DNA from: Gemmatimonadota bacterium
GTDB lineage: Bacteria; Gemmatimonadota; Gemmatimonadetes; Palauibacterales; Palauibacteraceae
Assembly: GCA_046758745.1 (NCBI GenBank)
Contig: JBHIAV010000006.1
Coordinates: 1 to 64,000 of the forward strand
Length of the DNA: 64,000 bases
Reading direction: 5' to 3'
Shown here piece after piece: positions 58,190 through 64,000 of the stretch. The position numbers were made by a program, and so were the translations under genes. The notes beneath the pieces were generated by a model. It was not told where the DNA came from. It did no database searches and worked only from the letters and a program-made list of their open reading frames with translations. The stretch's first letter is position 1, and every line of letters starts with the position of its first letter.

Positions 58190-59598
58190 GTATCGTCCTG
58201 CCCCGGGAGGGACTCTCGCTGCTCCGCACGGTGGCGCCGCAGCTGCTCCGCCGCCTCCCTGAGAAGGAGCCTCGAGCGCTGCGTGAGCACGAAGGTTCCG
58301 AACCCGCTCACGTCCTCGAACAGGAGGCGTACGCGGATCGGCAGCGACTCCTCGTACAGCCACTCGATCTGGGCCCGTTCTCCGGTCCGCCGGGGAGCTC
58401 GAAGCACCTCCTTGTCGGGCTCTCCGAGCTGCACGAGCGCCCGCCCCCTGTCACTCCGCCAGCCCGGCGTGCGCGAGTCTCCGTAGCGCCGGTTCGCCTT
58501 GGTCATCCGATCGAAGTACTCGGCGAGGAACTCGTTCGCCGGCGTCTTCGGGTCCGGGTCGCTCTCGGTCCAGAACCGACCCCACAGTCTAGAGCGCTCG
58601 GCAGGTCCGGCCTCGCGCCATGCCTCCAGCGTCTCGGGCGGCACCGCATACCGGAGATGCTCCGTTGCTTCCTCGAAATCTCCGAATACCCACTGGTCCG
58701 CCAGGCCTACGAGCAGCGTCGCCCGCGACGACCGGCCATCGTCCAGCGCCTGCACCTCAATGCGAGCCAGGCCGGGGGGGAGGAGCTGTAGGGGGAGGGG
58801 CGCGATCGCGGTAGCCGGGCCCTGCTCAGCGACCCGGCCTCGCAACGTGTCTTCCCACACCCGCTCCTCCCCCACGAACGCCCGCACCAGGAAGCCTGCG
58901 CTGCCCGGAGCGTAGTCCTCGATGACCACCACCGCGGGTGCTCGGCCGTACACGGCGGTCGATCGTGGGGAGATGATCATCGGAGGCGGCTGTGCGTACT
59001 CCCGGCGGGGGGCGGCACGGTACGCCACCAGGGGAGGAGAGAGCGTGGCACCGCTCGCCCCGAAAGCCGGTACCGCGAGAGAGTAGCGGGAGGTGGCCTG
59101 GTTGCGGGTCGTGAGCTCGCGGACAAGCACGTCGACCGTGTACTCACCCGGAGGGAGGGTGACGAAGCGCTGGAAGACGATGGCTTCGTCCGTGCGGGCC
59201 GTCTCGGAGAAATCTTCCACCCGCACGATCTCGCGTCGGTTCACCGCGCGAACCGTGTCCCTGCCCGACAGGAAGGTGAGCCTTACCTGGTAGCTGGCGG
59301 AGAAGAGGTCACCCTCCCGCGCGAAGCGGAGGGACGCGGGCGGCATTGAGGCGGCGAAGCCGACATAGGCGCTGTCAGCGGGTCCCCGCAGGATCACGAA
59401 CCGCCCGACGACCGGGAGGTCGGGGTTCCCGACCACGAGGTCGAGCGCCCGGTACGTGTCCAGGAGATCCGCCGCCGGACGGCCGCCGGCCGAGACATCG
59501 GGCGGCGACGGGACACCCGAAGCGCAGCCCACGAGGACCCCCGCCAGCCCCACGAGCAGCGTTCCCCGTACGCTCCACGCCGCCGCTCCTGCCCTCAC
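58186..59598 (-). CDS. GWxTD domain-containing lipoprotein
   Basis: Lipobox LVGC; FW..SDPDPKTPANE and GWRSDRGR. Confidence 0.85.
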   Translation of the reverse strand: MRAGAAAWSVRGTLLVGLAGVLVGCASGVPSPPDVSAGGRPAADLLDTYRALDLVVGNPDLPVVGRFVILRGPADSAYVGFAASMPPASLRFAREGDLFSASYQVRLTFLSGRDTVRAVNRREIVRVEDFSETARTDEAIVFQRFVTLPPGEYTVDVLVRELTTRNQATSRYSLAVPAFGASGATLSPPLVAYRAAPRREYAQPPPMIISPRSTAVYGRAPAVVVIEDYAPGSAGFLVRAFVGEERVWEDTLRGRVAEQGPATAIAPLPLQLLPPGLARIEVQALDDGRSSRATLLVGLADQWVFGDFEEATEHLRYAVPPETLEAWREAGPAERSRLWGRFWTESDPDPKTPANEFLAEYFDRMTKANRRYGDSRTPGWRSDRGRALVQLGEPDKEVLRAPRRTGERAQIEWLYEESLPIRVRLLFEDVSGFGTFVLTQRSRLLLREAAEQLRRHRAEQRESLPGQDDT

Positions 59599-59687
59599 CT
59601 CTCTCCCATCCGTCGTCAGCCTTCTTCGAGCGAGCCCCGTGTGGTTCTCCTACCCGAGCGGGAACGCGAGCGGTCCGCGCCGAACGA

Positions 59688-59725
59688 GAGCGGCGGCCCC
59701 CGGCATCCACCGGAAGCCGCCGCTC
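59688..59725 (-). terminator. Hairpin downstream of the TonB-dependent receptor gene
   Basis: GAGCGGCGGC...GCCGCCGCTC 10-bp stem; weak U-tract. Confidence 0.5.
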
Positions 59726-59753
59726 GAAACCGACCGTGCGCGGCCGTCCTCTC

Positions 59754-62693
59754 TTACGGAAAGTCGTATCGAAGCCGGAACATGGTGTACCGACCCAGGT
59801 TCGGCGTTCCGACGAAGGTCGTGTACTCCTCATCGAAGAGGTTCTGGATATCGACCTGCGCGGTCACGCCCGTCCCCGGTATCCGGTAGCCGAAGTTCAG
59901 GTCGAACACCTCATAGTTGTCGATCTCGCCGATGTAGACCCCGGAGTTGACCGGGAATCCCTTGACGAAGCGGGCCCGGACGGCCGCGTTGAAGCCGACC
60001 CCGTCGTTGCGGTAGGAGAGCGAGGCCGCACCCTTGGCCGTCGGGGCGTTCAGAGGAATCACCTCGGCGTCCGTCCCCTCGCCGGCCGTGAACTCATCAT
60101 CCTCCACGAAGGAGGCCGAGACGTTGAACCGCCACTCGTCGGTGAGGAGGACCGCGGCGGAGAGGTCTCCGCCGAACAGCTCTACATCGCCGAGGTTCCG
60201 GTAGGTGAGCATGAGGGTCGCGTCCGTGGTGCCTCCCACCGTCGTCGGGGTGATCACCCCGAGCGGAATCTGGGAGATGCTGCCGGCCAGCGCGGACGCG
60301 GTCGCGCGCGCCGTCAGCTCGTCCGGGAAGAGGATCCCGACCAGGGGGACGAGCTGAGACTGCAGGTACGCGTCGAGCTCCTGGCCGTTCAGGAAGACGT
60401 TCGGGGTTGAGAGGCGAAGCGCCGAGACGAAGTCCTCGATCCTCGTAAAGTAGGCATTCGCCGCCAGGAGCACCCGGTTCCCGATCAGCCCCTTGTAGCC
60501 GAGCTCGAGCGTCTGGGTGGTCGACTCCTGAATGGGCGGGAGGGCGGAGATCCCCGCGAGGCCGCCGGGGGTCGGCGCGAACTGCTGGCTGTCGAGGTTG
60601 AGGGTCAGGGCGAGGATCGACACATCGGCGTCCGTCGGGGGCGCGATCGCCTGCAGCAGCCCACCCGCCTGCGGGTCGTTGGCGGACACCACGGCCACCG
60701 CCTCCGCCCACAGCTGCGGGGTCGTGGTGGGGAGGAACTCCCGCGGGCTCCCGCCGAGCAGGAGGTTGAAGGGAGACTGGTGGTCCGGAACTCCCGTCCC
60801 GAACCGGTCGCTGAAGGTGAAGCCGTCCTCCGTGGTCCCCTGCGCGCGGACGTCGTACCGGAACGGACCTCCGAGGGGCACGGTGCCGCCCGAGATGTCG
60901 AGGAAGAGGTTGAGGGTCGTCGGCGTGGAGAACGAGCGGTTGTACGTGACCCGCAGGCTGTGCTCCTGGGTCGGTCTGAAAACGAGCGCCGCCCGGGGCG
61001 AGAAGATGAGGTCCTCCAGACGGCTGTGGTCGTCGAGCCGCGCCGCGAGCACCAGGTCCCACTGGTCGCTGAGCGTGGTCTCCGACTGGATGTAGCCGCC
61101 GACCTCTGTGATGTCGTCGTCGTCCTCGTGTCGGCCGTTGATCGTCCCCGCCGACTTCGGCACGGTGCGCAGGAGATCGAAGCCGTAGATCAGCCTCTCG
61201 CGATTCCCGATCCGCGACGCGTACTGGAGCTGGCCGACGAACAGCTCGGACTTGTCCACCAGAGGACGCCCCGAGCGCAGGAGGAAGGTGTCATCGTTGT
61301 CGCTCTTGTTAAAGAAGAGCTGCCCGAAGAAGTCCTTGTACCGGACGCGAGCCTGCGCGTACGTGTACCCCCAGTCGATGACCTGCCCGGCGCCGAGACC
61401 CGTGAGGTCCACGCTGCTGACCGCCTGCGTGCGTCCCCCGGAGAGGATCAGGTTGAGATCCGGGGACGGCCTGACATCGAGCCGGCCATCGACCGTCCAG
61501 CGCTCCAGGTCGTTGTCCCGCCCGGTCGCCACGTTCCCCACGCTGGTGAGCAGCAGGTCGATGTCTTCGGGGCTCGCGCCCGGCCCGCTCACGTTGAGCC
61601 CCTGGGCGAAGGCGAGGCAGGCGGGGTTCGGGTTAAGCGGATCGAAGGCCGTCTGGAGGCATGCGCCCGCCGCTGCTCGCCCCGCTGCCTCCACCTCGTC
61701 GACGAAGCCGAAGTCCTCCGAGTTGAAGTACAGCCCCGACAGCTTGAAGCCGACCCTCTCGTCGCGGCTCTTCAGGGCGATCCGACCCTCGAAGTGCCCT
61801 ACGTACTCGTCGGTAGAAGGCAGATCGACCGGCGTCTCCGGAACGCCGTCCCCGTTCAGGTCCACAATCGTCTGATCGGAGTCCTGCTGCCTCACCCCGT
61901 TTCCCACCGCGATGGTCACGCCCGGATAGTCGATCGGAGACTTTGTCAGCGTGTGGATCACCCCGTTGGCCGCGTTGGGACCGTACAGAGCCGATCCGGG
62001 GCCGAGAACGACCTCGATCCGGTCGATGTCGAGGGTGGTCGTCGGGTTCGACAGGTGCGAGATGTTGGCGCGCAGGGAGGGAACCCGCGCGATCCGGTTG
62101 TCCGTCAGGGTAAGTGTGGCGCCCGAGAAGATGTTGTTGAAGCCGCGGACGACCGAATAGTTGCCCTGAAGCCCGGTGGTGATCACGTCGACCCCGGCCT
62201 TCTCCTTCACGTAGTCCGCGCTCGTGGTGGCCGGACGCTCGAACACGTCGCGGGCGTTGACGACCTCGATCGCCCCCGGGGCTTCCAGCACCTTCTCCTC
62301 CGTCTTGGAGGTCGTGACGGTGATCGGGTTCAGGTTGTAGCTCCGCTCGATGAGCTCCACGGCGAGACTGGTGGTCTGTCCGGGGCTCACCGCCACCCCC
62401 TCCTCGCGCATCTCCCATCCGGGAATCGTGAAGACCAGGGTGTAGCTGCCGGCCTCCACCCCGGTGATTCGAAAGGCCCCGTCGACGCTGGTAAACGCCC
62501 CGGCCACCGTCCCGCCGGCGGGCCCTCGCACCTCGACCTGCACGGCGGAGAGACCGGTGCCCGTGGTGGCGTCCCGCACCGTGCCCGCGATCCCGCCCGT
62601 CTGGGCCGCCAGCGGGGGCACGGACAGGAGCAGGAAGAGGAGCGACGAGAGGGAGGAAGGGTGCCACCGGAACGCTACGTGGAACGTTCTCAT
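59754..62693 (-). CDS. TonB-dependent receptor with N-terminal carboxypeptidase-regulatory-like domain
   Basis: Signal peptide, QTGGIAGTVRD, plug motif IDRIEVVLGPGSALYGPNAANGVI, C-terminal NLFDEEY...GR. Confidence 0.92.
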   Translation of the reverse strand: MRTFHVAFRWHPSSLSSLLFLLLSVPPLAAQTGGIAGTVRDATTGTGLSAVQVEVRGPAGGTVAGAFTSVDGAFRITGVEAGSYTLVFTIPGWEMREEGVAVSPGQTTSLAVELIERSYNLNPITVTTSKTEEKVLEAPGAIEVVNARDVFERPATTSADYVKEKAGVDVITTGLQGNYSVVRGFNNIFSGATLTLTDNRIARVPSLRANISHLSNPTTTLDIDRIEVVLGPGSALYGPNAANGVIHTLTKSPIDYPGVTIAVGNGVRQQDSDQTIVDLNGDGVPETPVDLPSTDEYVGHFEGRIALKSRDERVGFKLSGLYFNSEDFGFVDEVEAAGRAAAGACLQTAFDPLNPNPACLAFAQGLNVSGPGASPEDIDLLLTSVGNVATGRDNDLERWTVDGRLDVRPSPDLNLILSGGRTQAVSSVDLTGLGAGQVIDWGYTYAQARVRYKDFFGQLFFNKSDNDDTFLLRSGRPLVDKSELFVGQLQYASRIGNRERLIYGFDLLRTVPKSAGTINGRHEDDDDITEVGGYIQSETTLSDQWDLVLAARLDDHSRLEDLIFSPRAALVFRPTQEHSLRVTYNRSFSTPTTLNLFLDISGGTVPLGGPFRYDVRAQGTTEDGFTFSDRFGTGVPDHQSPFNLLLGGSPREFLPTTTPQLWAEAVAVVSANDPQAGGLLQAIAPPTDADVSILALTLNLDSQQFAPTPGGLAGISALPPIQESTTQTLELGYKGLIGNRVLLAANAYFTRIEDFVSALRLSTPNVFLNGQELDAYLQSQLVPLVGILFPDELTARATASALAGSISQIPLGVITPTTVGGTTDATLMLTYRNLGDVELFGGDLSAAVLLTDEWRFNVSASFVEDDEFTAGEGTDAEVIPLNAPTAKGAASLSYRNDGVGFNAAVRARFVKGFPVNSGVYIGEIDNYEVFDLNFGYRIPGTGVTAQVDIQNLFDEEYTTFVGTPNLGRYTMFRLRYDFP

Positions 62694-62911
62694 AACGCGG
62701 CCTCGCAGCTGAGGGTATACGGCGGAAGTGGCTCCGGCTCCGGAGGGGCCGTTTCGACTTCCAAGGTCAACACTTCCACCATGCAACGCAAGGCTGCCCG
62801 CCCGGAGATGGGGAGGCGTGCCCGGCCGCGGAGAGGGCGGCGGCTCCGCACAACGCGAAGAGGCCCGGGAGGTCCCGGGCCCCGCTTTCGTCCATTCCGC
62901 GAAACGGCGGC

Positions 62912-63628
62912 TCAGCTCGCGGCCGCCTGCCCCCGCTCGATGCTGTGCAACGCGTCGATCATCTTCTGAGCGCTCTCTTCCATATCGATGACGAGGCGGT
63001 CGACGCGCGTGACGAAGTAGTTGTGCATCACGTTGATCGGGATCGCGATGGTGAGGCCGGTGGCGGTCGTGATGAGGGCGACCTTGATGCCGCCGGCGAC
63101 GAGAGTGGCCTCCACCTCCCCGGCGATCTCGATCGCCTGGAAGGCCTGGATCATCCCGATCACCGTGCCGAGGAAGCCGAGGAGCGGCGCGACGTTGGAG
63201 AGGGTGGCGAGCCACACCAGCCCGCGCTCCAGATTCGCCACCTGGATGGCGCCCGTGTTCTCGATCGCCTGCATCACGCGCTCGGTGCCTTCGTGATGCC
63301 GCTTGAGACCTGCCTTGAGGATCTCGGCCGCGGGGGACCTGGACTCCTCGCACAGCGCCAGAGCCTGATCGAGGCGCTGCTGGGCTATGAGACCGTCCAC
63401 CTCGCCGAGCAGCTTGCGCGTGCGGGCGGCCTTCACCTGAAGGTCGAAGAACTTCCACAGGATGATGAGGACCCCGACGGCCAGGCAGAACCCGAGAGGC
63501 CACATCATGAAGCCTCCGGACTCCCAGATCTCGCCGAGATTCAGGCCTTGTCCCTGCCCGAGCGCCGGGCTCTCCTGCAGCATCCACAGCGCCGTTTGAG
63601 CCAAGCTGCCCACGGTGACCTCCGACAT
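62912..63628 (-). CDS. MotA/TolQ/ExbB proton channel protein
   Basis: APLLGFLGTVIGMI and GIKVALITTATGL. Confidence 0.92.
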   Translation of the reverse strand: MSEVTVGSLAQTALWMLQESPALGQGQGLNLGEIWESGGFMMWPLGFCLAVGVLIILWKFFDLQVKAARTRKLLGEVDGLIAQQRLDQALALCEESRSPAAEILKAGLKRHHEGTERVMQAIENTGAIQVANLERGLVWLATLSNVAPLLGFLGTVIGMIQAFQAIEIAGEVEATLVAGGIKVALITTATGLTIAIPINVMHNYFVTRVDRLVIDMEESAQKMIDALHSIERGQAAAS

Positions 63629-63676
63629 CAGGAGTAGGATCGATCCTCGCGCCCGCGGCCGGCGACAAGGGGTTCG

Positions 63677-63706
63677 AAGCTATTTGGCGGCCTCGCTGGC
63701 TGTCAA
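63677..63706 (-). promoter_or_regulatory. Putative sigma-70 promoter of the exbB-like gene
   Basis: TTGACA-N18-TAGCTT on the minus strand. Confidence 0.6.
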
Positions 63707-63815
63707 GTCGCGCCAAACGTCCGCTTCGGAGCGATTCCACGGGTCGAGTGAGGCCTCCGGCGGCGCTCTCCGGGGATCGAGAACCCTCCTGCTCCGCCCA
63801 CACCCCCCGATCCCT

Positions 63816-64000
63816 TCAGACCTTGATGCATCGCGCCCGCTGGCCCGGCCTCTTCTCCTCCAGGGATGGCACGGCGGTCAGGCACTCAGGCCCCTTCGCG
63901 GGGTGCGGGCAGCGGGGATAGAAGGGGCATCCCGCCCGCGACTCCGGCCACGCCAGCGGGTCGCCCCCCAGGACGATTCGCTCTCGTCCCGCTGGCGGAT
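63816..64000 (-). CDS. Oligopeptide/dipeptide ABC transporter ATP-binding protein, C-terminal end (partial)
   Basis: Reads ...RIVLGGDP...GCPFYPRCPHP...ECLTAVP...RARCIKV*, typical of the OppD/OppF C-terminus; not in the ORF track. Confidence 0.8.
   Translation of the reverse strand, partial: PPAGRERIVLGGDPLAWPESRAGCPFYPRCPHPAKGPECLTAVPSLEEKRPGQRARCIKV

Noticed and set aside
59754..63803. 1349-aa ORF suggesting an ExbB-receptor fusion
   Set aside because: ExbB is in a different frame; the receptor signal peptide starts at ATG 62693

Overview
A 64-kb, very GC-rich (roughly 70%) bacterial chromosomal window. Gene content (GWxTD protein, TonB receptor with N-terminal carboxypeptidase-like domain, short RpoD-type sigma paralog, orphan GvpL/F) suggests a diderm, probably Gemmatimonadota; that placement is inference. 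Most of it is housekeeping: the end of a SUF operon (sufB-sufD-Rieske ferredoxin-sufS-sufU), rsgA, argR-argG-argH with tandem ARG boxes, ispH, lon, pfkA, Fe/Mn SOD, priA, a sigma-70 factor, polA, a cold-shock protein and an ExbB/TonB-receptor/GWxTD/Slt envelope block. I found no rRNA, tRNA, CRISPR array, integrase or transposase. The most unusual features are: (1) a translationally coupled deacetylase-aminopeptidase-GvpL/F-dipeptide epimerase operon with no other gas-vesicle gene; (2) a 4-hydroxybenzoyl-CoA-reductase-like hcrC-hcrA-hcrB set split by pckA, a MetE-like remnant and a YfcC transporter, the last flanked by a 57-bp direct repeat; (3) polA with no canonical start codon upstream of its conserved N-terminal DGH motif; (4) a collapsed maeB pseudogene; (5) an 18-bp tandem repeat inside lon. 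All gene calls come from motif recognition by eye; no database searches were run.
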